A DNA stretch of 39,296 nucleotides from Candidatus Nanohalobium sp. (GTDB lineage Archaea; Nanohalarchaeota; Nanosalinia; Nanosalinales; Nanosalinaceae): positions 1 through 39,296 of the forward strand of contig JBDGSL010000067.1 of NCBI GenBank assembly GCA_042217555.1, in the 5' to 3' direction. This document shows, in pieces, positions 9,573 to 18,406 of the stretch. The position numbers and the translations under genes were made by a program. Below the pieces are notes generated by a model. The model had not been told where the DNA came from. It did no database searches and saw only the letters and a program-made list of their open reading frames with translations. Positions within the stretch are counted from its first letter, which is position 1. Each line of letters begins with the position of its first letter.

Positions 9573-9628
9573 AAAAACTCTCATTTTTTGCCACTCTTCG
9601 ATCAAGGAGGAGTGTCACCATCGGAGAA

Positions 9629-9636
9629 TATATAAA
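9629..9636 (+). promoter_or_regulatory. TATA box
   Basis: TATATAAA with a purine-rich upstream flank, 22-29 nt before ATG 9658. Confidence 0.5.
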
Positions 9637-9657
9637 AATTAACGATAGTGTTATTAC

Positions 9658-11406
9658 ATGGTGACAATTACACAAATGAGATTTGTAAAAACTTCCTTGA
9701 TCGCGGTTATACTACTTGCAACAACTGCAACAGTTGCGGCATCGCCCGCAGAGATGACAGTTTTCCCTGAGGAATCCAGTACAAGGATAGACTCGTTCAC
9801 TTCCTACGAACTCAACATTGAGAACGTAGGCCCTGTAGAAGACACTTATACTTTCACAAGCTCCAGCGCCCAGGAGATAGATATCGCTCCCAGAAAAATC
9901 ACGCTGGAAGCAGGGGAAGAAGAGACGGTTAACGTATGGTATAATCCTTCACCGGACAGGGAAGAAGGAACATACAGCTTTTCTGTAACAGCTGAGTCAA
10001 GAGCTACAGGAGACAGTTTCTCTTCAGAGATCATAGCCTCAGTTATCAGAGAACATGATGTTAAAGTACAGGCACAGAAAACATCACAGACAGTGTGCCG
10101 TGGAGAAAAAGCAACCTACGAAGTAGAAGTAACCAACAATGGGATACAAAAGGAAGAGTTCCAGCTTTCCACAGACTACGGAACGCTTTCACAGAATAAG
10201 GTAACGCTGGAAGATGGAGAAACCAAGACAGTTACGCTTACAGCATCTTCAGACAGTGAAGCGACTGAGAACTTCAACATCAGGGCGGCATCCACAACTA
10301 GCTACGCACAGGACATACAGAACGTGCAGTTCAATGCAGAGACATGCTACGCCTCAGACATCTCCACTACTTCAACACAGGAAGAGGTGGCTGGTGGAAC
10401 AACTACGGAAATCGAGGTGGCAGTACAGAACAAGGGAACAAAGAAGGATACGTTCACACTGGTCGCTGACAAGGGAAGTTTCTCTGAAAACCCTGTAGAA
10501 GTACCGGGCGGAGAGACAGAGACAGTCACATTCGAAGTCACGCCTGAAAAACTTGGTGAACAGACAGTCACGATAAGTTCAAAGGGAAGAAGCAACTCAA
10601 CCACACAGGTCACACTTAACGTCTACAACGGCAACGACATGGAAGTCAGCTTCAACCAGGAACAGGTATCAGTCTGTGAAACAGAGAAAGCCAACATCAC
10701 CACCAACATAGAAAACACAGGAGAAACAGACGAAACATTCAACCTGGAAACATCCAGAGGAGAACTAACTAGGCAGCAGCTGGAGATAGAAGCAGGAGAG
10801 ACAGCTTCTGCAGTGACATCTGTAGACGCAAGGAAACTGGAACCGGGTAAAACCTACGACGTCAGGACAACAGCTACTGCAGCATCCTACGGAGAACCAC
10901 AGAAGTCCTCGACAGCACAGATGACGGTAAACAACTGCTACGACCTGTCCATGAACGTCGTACCGGAAGTAGCAAGCGCAGGAGAAAACAGGTCAGTCAT
11001 CTACAAGATCAACCTGGAAAACACAGGGACAAAGCAGAACACCTACGAACTGGCCTACGAAGGACCAGAATGGATCAGTATCAAACCCCGGGAAGTAACA
11101 GTCCAGCCAGGAAAAACAGGAACAAGCTACATGTACGCAGGAATCCCATTCAAGAAAGAAGGAAACGTACAGATCACAGCAACAGCAGTAGGAACCAACA
11201 CAACAGACAGCCAGACAGTAGAACTGGTTATAGGAAAGAAAATCGAAGAAGCAATCAAAGACGGCTCCAACAAGTTCGGAGGAGGAGTACTCAACCAGAT
11301 AACACAGTCCCTGGCAGACCTGCAGAGCTCAGGAACCGCAGCCAAGACAGCAATAGCAGTGATACTTGCCGCAGTCACGACAGCAGTCATCCTGCTCAGA
11401 AGCTAA
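9658..11406 (+). CDS. Surface protein with repeated Ig-like (CARDB/NEW3-like) domains and a C-terminal membrane helix
   Basis: Signal peptide; about five repeats of Y.I.V.N.G...D.F.L; hydrophobic C-terminus. Alternative start at ATG 9676. Confidence 0.85.
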   Translation: MVTITQMRFVKTSLIAVILLATTATVAASPAEMTVFPEESSTRIDSFTSYELNIENVGPVEDTYTFTSSSAQEIDIAPRKITLEAGEEETVNVWYNPSPDREEGTYSFSVTAESRATGDSFSSEIIASVIREHDVKVQAQKTSQTVCRGEKATYEVEVTNNGIQKEEFQLSTDYGTLSQNKVTLEDGETKTVTLTASSDSEATENFNIRAASTTSYAQDIQNVQFNAETCYASDISTTSTQEEVAGGTTTEIEVAVQNKGTKKDTFTLVADKGSFSENPVEVPGGETETVTFEVTPEKLGEQTVTISSKGRSNSTTQVTLNVYNGNDMEVSFNQEQVSVCETEKANITTNIENTGETDETFNLETSRGELTRQQLEIEAGETASAVTSVDARKLEPGKTYDVRTTATAASYGEPQKSSTAQMTVNNCYDLSMNVVPEVASAGENRSVIYKINLENTGTKQNTYELAYEGPEWISIKPREVTVQPGKTGTSYMYAGIPFKKEGNVQITATAVGTNTTDSQTVELVIGKKIEEAIKDGSNKFGGGVLNQITQSLADLQSSGTAAKTAIAVILAAVTTAVILLRS

Positions 11407-11768
11407 CAACATCACCCAACTCCTTCCTATCTTCTCCTCATTTTCTATATCACAGGTATTTGAACCTGCCACAATCTCTTCCTCCCCAGAGAGGAGGGAG
11501 TCCACAACCCCTCATCTTGATATGAGGATGGCTATGGTGGGGAAACAGGTCTGGCTACTGTAAACTGAAACTACATCTTCAGACAGGTTTTTTATTCTCT
11601 ACATATTTTTTTGAAGCGTTTAGCCATGTTTTTTGTTGCGGGAAAGCTAAGGTGGTTCACTGCTGGAACTGGCTAGACCGAGAAATGTTTTTCTGTGAAT
11701 GATCAGGAAAGGTTAGAGAAATGTAGAAGGGGAAGGGAAAATCAGGGGGAGAGGGGAAAGAAGTGTTT

Positions 11769-12689
11769 TCAGTTGATTGCCCTGCCCTCTACTGTGGTGG
11801 TTGTCTGATCTTCCTTGACGTAGTTGTATTCGGCTGTTACCTGTACATTCACGTTGGTCTCATCGTTATTAAGGCTGCCTGTAGACATTGTGAAGCACTG
11901 GTAGCCTTCTTCACCGCTTACAAGAGGTACGTTGACTGTGTTACCGCTCTTATCTCCTGTTGCCTCAAAGTTCACTCCGCCTCTTGCGTCTATGCTTAGC
12001 CTGATGGTGTCTTTGTTTGCCTGACTGAGTTCGTACTCTCTTCCATTCATTTCTCCGCTTGTGAAGGCGGTTCCGCTTCCGGAGTTTGTGGCCACGATGC
12101 ATATCTCTGATTCTATTGTATTGCTGTCTTCTTTGTAGTAGATCTTCGGTGTGGTCCCTCTGATGTCCAGCTGGATAGGGCCGGACATGGTTTCAAGTGA
12201 TGCGTCTGTCCGTGTGTATCCCTGGTCTCTGAATCTTTCGCTTGACACCAGTTTGAAGTCTGTGGTGGTGCTGGCGCTGTAACTGTAGAAGATCTTTGAG
12301 AAGATCGTATAGTCTACTTCCCGGTTCTCACCTATGTCTGGTGCGTTGAGACTCCAGGTCTCCATCTTCGGCATGCCTGGTCTGGAATCGGTTTCCGGGT
12401 AGAGGGTGCCGAAGCTTTTCGTTCTCTCTGACTTGCTGTATTTAGTGTTAAGCCATGCAGGGCCGAATATACGTGCAGCAACGTTTCTGACTTCGGAGTC
12501 ACCTGTGTTCTCCAGTTCCATGTTCAGGTTGATGGTCTGTCCTGCAGGAACGGTTCCCTGTGGTGCATCAAATGTGTTCACTGATATTATTGAGCTTTCT
12601 GTGTTCTGATTTCCACCTGAGCTTGCGCAGCCGGATGCTAGGACCACGACTGCTAAAAGTACCAGTGTTCGTCTGGATTCATCTGGCAT
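11769..12689 (-). CDS. Putative lipoprotein, paralog 3
   Basis: Lipobox VVVLASGC, beta-rich, motifs YSY...SGPIQLDI and C-terminal AEYNY. Confidence 0.82.
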   Translation of the reverse strand: MPDESRRTLVLLAVVVLASGCASSGGNQNTESSIISVNTFDAPQGTVPAGQTINLNMELENTGDSEVRNVAARIFGPAWLNTKYSKSERTKSFGTLYPETDSRPGMPKMETWSLNAPDIGENREVDYTIFSKIFYSYSASTTTDFKLVSSERFRDQGYTRTDASLETMSGPIQLDIRGTTPKIYYKEDSNTIESEICIVATNSGSGTAFTSGEMNGREYELSQANKDTIRLSIDARGGVNFEATGDKSGNTVNVPLVSGEEGYQCFTMSTGSLNNDETNVNVQVTAEYNYVKEDQTTTTVEGRAIN

Positions 12690-13461
12690 CTGGATTTACG
12701 ACCTCAATGTCAAGGTTTGGACTTTTCTCGTATTTATAAGATGTGGATATGAACATGTTTCTGACGCCTTCTGTACCTGCGTTCAGTTCACAGGTCTTAC
12801 TGAGTTCTTCCTGTATAACTTCCGGACTGTTGCAGTTCTCCACCACGTTAGAAGGATCGAACTCTATACTGTAGTCCTCGACAAGGTTTCCTGGCCCTAT
12901 ATTCCTGGCTGTAACCGTCACTGTCTGAGGATTGTTAAGGGCTACAGGGTTCTCCGTCTTCACGTTTACTTCGACATCTCCGTTTGTAACGGTTTTCTTC
13001 ACTGTGCTGCTCTGCTCTATATCGTTTACAGGTTTGAAACTGATCTTTAAAGGTTTCCTGTTTTCAAGGCTGGCAGAGTATTTCATTCTGAGCTTGACCG
13101 ATACCGGTTTTGAACTGAAACCTTTCACGTAGCTTTCTCTAGGGGCCTGGACCGTCCATGTACACATCATCTTTGGGTTGAAGCCGTCATCTGCCTTGCC
13201 TATGCTGCCGGGCGTACAGCTTTTTTCCATTACCTCTATCTGCCCGGTGTTGAAGAGGGAAACCCATTCCGACTTCACCTCTGACGGAGACCTGTGGTAG
13301 TTAACTATCTCGGCCTCTATCTGTGCCTGCTGGCCAGGTGTCAGGGTTGAATCCGATATGGAGAACTTCTCTACTTTTACGCCTGTCCCGTTGCTTGAGC
13401 TGCTGGCGCAGCCGGAAGCCAGTATAACTGCCGTTAAGGCAATTATCGTCTTACTGTCCAC
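12679..13461 (-). CDS. Putative lipoprotein, paralog 2
   Basis: GTG start overlapping the upstream stop; lipobox VILASGC; C-terminal TSYKY. Confidence 0.8.
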   Translation of the reverse strand: MDSKTIIALTAVILASGCASSSSNGTGVKVEKFSISDSTLTPGQQAQIEAEIVNYHRSPSEVKSEWVSLFNTGQIEVMEKSCTPGSIGKADDGFNPKMMCTWTVQAPRESYVKGFSSKPVSVKLRMKYSASLENRKPLKISFKPVNDIEQSSTVKKTVTNGDVEVNVKTENPVALNNPQTVTVTARNIGPGNLVEDYSIEFDPSNVVENCNSPEVIQEELSKTCELNAGTEGVRNMFISTSYKYEKSPNLDIEVVNPDAR

Positions 13462-14326
13462 TGTACTTCACCTTTACTGTTCTCTCTCCTATATCCTTGA
13501 CGAAGGTGTAGTCTATACTGGCCTCTATCTCTCCACGTTCTGCCGGTGAACTGAGACTTCCCGTGTCGATATCACACCTGAATATCTTCTGGTCTCCTGA
13601 CATCAACGTTACAGAGCTTTTCTTACCGCATTCACTTCCCAGTTCGATAACCCCGCTGCTCTTGATAGATATATCCTTTATCTCTATCAGGCCCTGATAC
13701 GGGCTTTCCTTACTGTCCAGGTTGTAAGCGGTTAGGTAGAGCTTGGGGTTATCCTGTTTAAGTATGGTGTTGCTTTGGTCTGCGGTGCTGCCTACTATCT
13801 CCATATCCATGGTCAACGGCCCCGGTGATATATCTGTTGCAAGCTTCGTGCTTCCGCTGACTTCCCTGCTTTTCTTGACCTGGACCTGTTTGTAGGCCCG
13901 GACACTGTAGTCAAAAGGAAGCTCAAATCTCATCGGGCAGCTGTAACCTGATAACGGGATTTTACCGGTTTTATCCTGTTTCAGGCGCCAGAAAAATCTT
14001 ACTCTCTCGTTTTCACCTACCATGTAGCTTTCTCTGGTTTCTGAAGTATGTGAAGAAGAGGCTTTGAAACTTTCTATCTTGAATATGTCGCTGCAGTAGT
14101 TGGTAAGTACCTGTTTGCCGTTGCTTCCGGCCTTTACTGTGCCGTTCAGAAGACCTGCGTTAACTGCTTCAAGGCTTATGGAGACAGTGTTCCCTGCTCT
14201 GATACCTTCGTTTGGGTTAGGGCTTATATCCAGTTCTGTCACCTTGATGCCGGTACCCTGGGACTGAGTGCATCCTGACGCCACCACGGCCAGCAACAGT
14301 AAAGGTATTACTTTCCTGTTGACCAT
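13451..14326 (-). CDS. Putative lipoprotein, paralog 1
   Basis: Start moved to ATG 14326 (MVNRKVIPLLLLAVVASGC). Motifs FDYSV...PGPLTMDM and IDYTF. TTTTAA box about 25 nt upstream. Confidence 0.8.
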   Translation of the reverse strand: MVNRKVIPLLLLAVVASGCTQSQGTGIKVTELDISPNPNEGIRAGNTVSISLEAVNAGLLNGTVKAGSNGKQVLTNYCSDIFKIESFKASSSHTSETRESYMVGENERVRFFWRLKQDKTGKIPLSGYSCPMRFELPFDYSVRAYKQVQVKKSREVSGSTKLATDISPGPLTMDMEIVGSTADQSNTILKQDNPKLYLTAYNLDSKESPYQGLIEIKDISIKSSGVIELGSECGKKSSVTLMSGDQKIFRCDIDTGSLSSPAERGEIEASIDYTFVKDIGERTVKVKYSGQ

Positions 14327-14335
14327 ACATACAGT

Positions 14336-14899
14336 ATGTGGCGCCTCGTTAAAAGTTTTACACAGCACACCGGTTGGAAACATCTTACAGCACTTTCACT
14401 TGTCACCGCATCAGTATCAGTAGTGGTTCCCTTCGAACCTTTAATCCAGTTCACGTCCGCAGCCTTTCTTGTATTGGGTGAAGTTGCTGTCTACAGCTTT
14501 CTCCGGGAGATAAAGCTCTTAACAGTTTTAAATCTTTTTCTGTCAGTTCTTTTAACCGGTTTCGAAGGTTTCGCTGCTTTCCTGGTGATCTCGGCACTGA
14601 TCTTTCCCTTCCGGTTCACAGATCCTGCTGCTTCTGCAGCATTCGCCACACATCTCTCCGACGCTTTCACCACGTACCTGGCGCTTGGCCAAGGGTTGAG
14701 AGAGGCTAACCCTGTACTGAAGCCGTTAACCAGTTATGGGGTTCTCCCGGTGATGCTTCTGTCCAAGGCTTTCTTCGTCGGACTACCTCTCATCTATGTC
14801 TATTACAGTGTAGAGGAATCTGAGAGAGAGTTCCTTTTCAAGGCTGTTATCGTCCTCGGACTTTCGCTCACGGCCAGGAACCTGATCCATGTATTCTGA
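14336..14899 (+). CDS. Multi-pass membrane protein (DUF5658/DUF63-like C-terminal half)
   Basis: About six hydrophobic helices and the motif HLSDAFTTY....GLREANP. Start uncertain. Confidence 0.65.
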   Translation: MWRLVKSFTQHTGWKHLTALSLVTASVSVVVPFEPLIQFTSAAFLVLGEVAVYSFLREIKLLTVLNLFLSVLLTGFEGFAAFLVISALIFPFRFTDPAASAAFATHLSDAFTTYLALGQGLREANPVLKPLTSYGVLPVMLLSKAFFVGLPLIYVYYSVEESEREFLFKAVIVLGLSLTARNLIHVF

Positions 14900-14903
14900 A
14901 GGT

Positions 14904-17204
14904 TCAACCGGACTTCTCTACTTCAGTGACTTCCAGTCCGTTCTCCGTTACGTTAAACGCTTTACTGCTTGAACTGTAGGCCTCTCCCAGTTCGTCCTGT
15001 GTCACACCGGTCACATTCGGAGTCTGTAGATTGTTCTTGGCGTAACCGGTGAAAAGTGTGTTGCCTTTACTGAACATGTCCGACGTGATCTTCAGGGCAA
15101 GTTCTCCGTCATCTATCTTCACGTCCATCGGTGAGAACCTGTCGTTCAAACTGAAGCTATCCACAACTGAACAACCGTCCTGACCGTCCTGTGGCCTACC
15201 ACAGTAGGCATACTTCTTCGCCCAGTAATCCATTCTGCTAGACTTTTTCTCAGGGTCGAAACTCATGTCGTCTATATCTTTAGTTGCCGTCTTATCGTTC
15301 AGTTCTGAAGCGTCGAGAGGTTCAAGCATAGGACAGTTCTCACTCATACACAGAGTATTATCAACTGTAAAGCTCTTCTGCTTCTCCTCCTGCAGAACCG
15401 TGTAGTTCGTAGTGGCAGAGAACGTGATGGTCTCACCCGTAGGACTTATCTCATCCACGTTGTTCAGATTAAAGTTACAGTACGCCGTCTTAGGCTGAGT
15501 ATCCTTCGTAAACCAGCCAAACTTGTCTTTCTGGTTCTTGATCTGTTTCCTGATGTTTTCAGCCAGTTTATAGGTGTTATCTCCTGCAGGGCTTAAACCC
15601 TTACAGTTGCCGCTTATATGATCTGTGAGGTCTGAGTCGTGGAAACGGAACGCTTCACCGTTCACCTTGTAGTATATGTTGTCTTCATCCGTTGAAATAC
15701 CTACTTCAGTCCTTATAGGCTTAGGTATACGTTTCTGTTCATTACCTTCTCCGTCTTTGATTATGCTGAAAGTAGCAGGGTTATCTGCCTTGATAAACGT
15801 TTCAACCGGGGTGTCAGGGGTTTTGGATCTCTTGTTGACTGTAACGGATATATCGTTGCTGTTCTTGTGTTCCTGGCTCATTACCTGAAGATCCAGGAAA
15901 GACATTGCAGAGTAGTCGTACTTGACCTGAAGCACGAACGTGACCGTGGTACTCGGCCCCGGCTGAAGAAGACCACACTCCTTCAACGTAAGCCTCTTAT
16001 CTCCTCCGTAGTTGAAAGGAGAGACAGACTCCCCTGGAAGTATATCATTACTTCTATCTCCACTCGACGCACCGCCGTACTTGTCCAGTTCTATCCAGTC
16101 GGTCTTGCACCGTGCCTTTCTGGTTCCCAGAAGAGAAGGATCGCCGACCAGAACCTTGTAGTGAACGTTACGTGCATCTATGCCTTTGATACCGTTACGA
16201 GTATTCTTTATGGTGAACTCGACAGGTACAGCACTATTCTTTCTCATATTGGAGATGTCAACTGTGTTATCACCGAACACCCGGGGGCCGTTAACCTTTA
16301 ACTCATACGTCTCACCTACATCCTCGGAACCTGGCCGCTGATAAGTCTGGTTTAAACCCATCTCACGCAGACACCCCGCATCACCGAAACACGCAACAGT
16401 ACCGGCAACCTGGCTCAGAGACTCACCGATACCGCTGAAGACCCCGCCGAAATCCGGAACAACAGGGCCTACAACATCAGCAGCCAAGCCACCGTAACCG
16501 CCTCCAATCCCGGTCCCGACCAGAAGAAAAACAGGGATGCCGATAATCAAAAACACCATCAAAAGTTTCGGATTCAGGACGAGCCCTGCAACAAAAGAAC
16601 CGGCCGACCACAACCGGTCACCAACCCTCTCAAGCTTATTCTCATGCTTGTATTCGATATCATCATACTTAGAAGCAGCATTACCTCTCCAGTCCTGACC
16701 GTTATCCTCTCCACTGTACCTTCCTCTACCCCCTTCATTTGCAGGCCTGCCATAATTACTTCTTCCGTTACCCGATTTTCTATTTTCTTCTCCATCAGCC
16801 ACTAGCTTCCCACTGTTCCTTCCTTGTCTTGCTTCTTGTTTGGACTCTTCAGCTTTTCTCTTTGCATATTTTTTGGCGGTTTTGCCTGCTTCATGTTCCT
16901 CTATTTTTGCACCTGCTTTGGCAGCTTTCTTTGTGACCACGTTCAGAGCGCCGATCCTGTTTAACCTTAAGAGCTTCAGTAATTCCTGGTCTATGTAGGG
17001 TGCGACCATTAGTACAATGACCAACGCCTGTTTGGGTCGTGATAGTTGCCGCAAGTCGATGGGTTCCACGTAGGGAAACTTGCCTGCGGTCTCTATTTCA
17101 AAGGTGCCGTATAGTACTCCCAGGATGTCAAGGTCTAAGGCATATGGAACAGCATAGTATATCAGGTAGGCTACTTCTTCTTGTATTAAGTCCCGAAGGC
17201 TCAT
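14904..17204 (-). CDS. Large membrane-anchored protein with a Cys-containing extracellular domain related to the lipoproteins
   Basis: 766 aa: basic low-complexity linker, TM helix (LLMVFLIIGIPVFLLVG), Gly-rich segment, then a beta-rich domain with VKYDYSA, TP..PVETFI and TTNYTV. Confidence 0.8.
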   Translation of the reverse strand: MSLRDLIQEEVAYLIYYAVPYALDLDILGVLYGTFEIETAGKFPYVEPIDLRQLSRPKQALVIVLMVAPYIDQELLKLLRLNRIGALNVVTKKAAKAGAKIEEHEAGKTAKKYAKRKAEESKQEARQGRNSGKLVADGEENRKSGNGRSNYGRPANEGGRGRYSGEDNGQDWRGNAASKYDDIEYKHENKLERVGDRLWSAGSFVAGLVLNPKLLMVFLIIGIPVFLLVGTGIGGGYGGLAADVVGPVVPDFGGVFSGIGESLSQVAGTVACFGDAGCLREMGLNQTYQRPGSEDVGETYELKVNGPRVFGDNTVDISNMRKNSAVPVEFTIKNTRNGIKGIDARNVHYKVLVGDPSLLGTRKARCKTDWIELDKYGGASSGDRSNDILPGESVSPFNYGGDKRLTLKECGLLQPGPSTTVTFVLQVKYDYSAMSFLDLQVMSQEHKNSNDISVTVNKRSKTPDTPVETFIKADNPATFSIIKDGEGNEQKRIPKPIRTEVGISTDEDNIYYKVNGEAFRFHDSDLTDHISGNCKGLSPAGDNTYKLAENIRKQIKNQKDKFGWFTKDTQPKTAYCNFNLNNVDEISPTGETITFSATTNYTVLQEEKQKSFTVDNTLCMSENCPMLEPLDASELNDKTATKDIDDMSFDPEKKSSRMDYWAKKYAYCGRPQDGQDGCSVVDSFSLNDRFSPMDVKIDDGELALKITSDMFSKGNTLFTGYAKNNLQTPNVTGVTQDELGEAYSSSSKAFNVTENGLEVTEVEKSG

Positions 17205-17210
17205 TGTGAC

Positions 17211-18350
17211 TTATCCTGTTCTCTCTGATGTTAGTTGCAGGTTTTCCATTGTGAATGTCTGGTTGCTGCTGATGGTGAGTGTGTTTTCTTTTTGGATTGC
17301 TTCTTCTCCGATTTTTACTGTCTTTAGGCCGTTTTCTGGTTTTACTGTGTAGTATGCGTTGTTTAACTGGATTTTTACCGGTGCTGGTTTTGTACCGGTT
17401 TGGTAGTTGAACTGTAGTTTTTCTTCTGTGTTGCTTTTTTTGGTGTAGTCCAGTCTTTCTTGGTTGAGGTTGAAGCTGTATGTCTTCTGTGCGGGTTCTA
17501 CGTTGACTGAGTACCGGAGCTGTAGTTCTGCGTTTTCTACTCTGTATTTTGATTCGCCGTCTGTACCGAATTCTATGGTGTTGTAGCCGGTGTGCAGGTC
17601 GGCGTTCTGTGGTGTTATGGTTGTTTCCTGTGTGGATCTTCCTGTTCTCTGTTTGAATACTTCTCTGTTGTTTACTGTTATCTTGAGTGGTTCCTGTGGT
17701 ATGGACTGGTCCAGTGGTATGTTGAAGGTGAGGTTGCTGGGTCTGAAGTGGTTGAGTTCGTGGTCGTACATCTGGAAGTATGTTGTGTGGTCGTGGAACT
17801 TGCGGTCTTTGACTGTTACTTCTATGTCTTCAAGTGTATAGACTGATTTTCCAAGTATGCTGGATTGGGTTGTTCCGATTTCTATGGTGTTTATCCCTGT
17901 GTGGAGGTTTTCCCTGCTTATGTTGATTTTGGGTGTTGCTCCTGATATTGTCGCGGCTTTGAATACCTGTCTGTCGTTGACTTTGACGTATATCTGGCCT
18001 TTTTCCTTTCTTCCAAGTACTTCGAAGCTTACCTGGCCTTGCCCTGGCTGTGTGGCGTTGTATTCTATGGTTATCTTTTCACTGCTGAGTAAACCGTTTG
18101 ATACTGTTTCCTTCTCCGAGGTGTATACCTGGATGTCTCCTCTGATTTCTCCTACTGTGAAGTCTCCGAAGTTTACTGTGCGGAAGTCCTCGTTTGAACT
18201 TCCTATGGTGCCGGGTTGTTCGGAGTAGAGAAGCATGCTTTCAGGTTGATCGCTGCCGAAGCTGAACTCTCCGTCTGCCTGACTTCCGATCCAGAAAATT
18301 CCGAATATTGCAAGTCCGATCACGGCGACAACGGGGAAGGCTTCTTCCAT
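17211..18350 (-). CDS. N-terminally anchored beta-rich surface protein with internal repeats
   Basis: N-terminal TM helix; repeated V.VN.R.VF...L.TG.NTIE units. Ends 6 bp before the next gene. Confidence 0.8.
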   Translation of the reverse strand: MEEAFPVVAVIGLAIFGIFWIGSQADGEFSFGSDQPESMLLYSEQPGTIGSSNEDFRTVNFGDFTVGEIRGDIQVYTSEKETVSNGLLSSEKITIEYNATQPGQGQVSFEVLGRKEKGQIYVKVNDRQVFKAATISGATPKINISRENLHTGINTIEIGTTQSSILGKSVYTLEDIEVTVKDRKFHDHTTYFQMYDHELNHFRPSNLTFNIPLDQSIPQEPLKITVNNREVFKQRTGRSTQETTITPQNADLHTGYNTIEFGTDGESKYRVENAELQLRYSVNVEPAQKTYSFNLNQERLDYTKKSNTEEKLQFNYQTGTKPAPVKIQLNNAYYTVKPENGLKTVKIGEEAIQKENTLTISSNQTFTMENLQLTSERTG

Positions 18351-18406
18351 GAAAACAGTTTTTCTCGACCACGTTTTTATTTTCTAAGCTCTGAAACAGT
18401 TTCAAA

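Noticed and set aside
11440..11740. RNase P RNA or tRNA fragment (GAGGAGGGAGTCC; minus-strand GCAGGTTCAAATACCTG)
   Set aside because: There is no complementary P4 3' strand, no acceptor stem, and the T-arm has an extra base.
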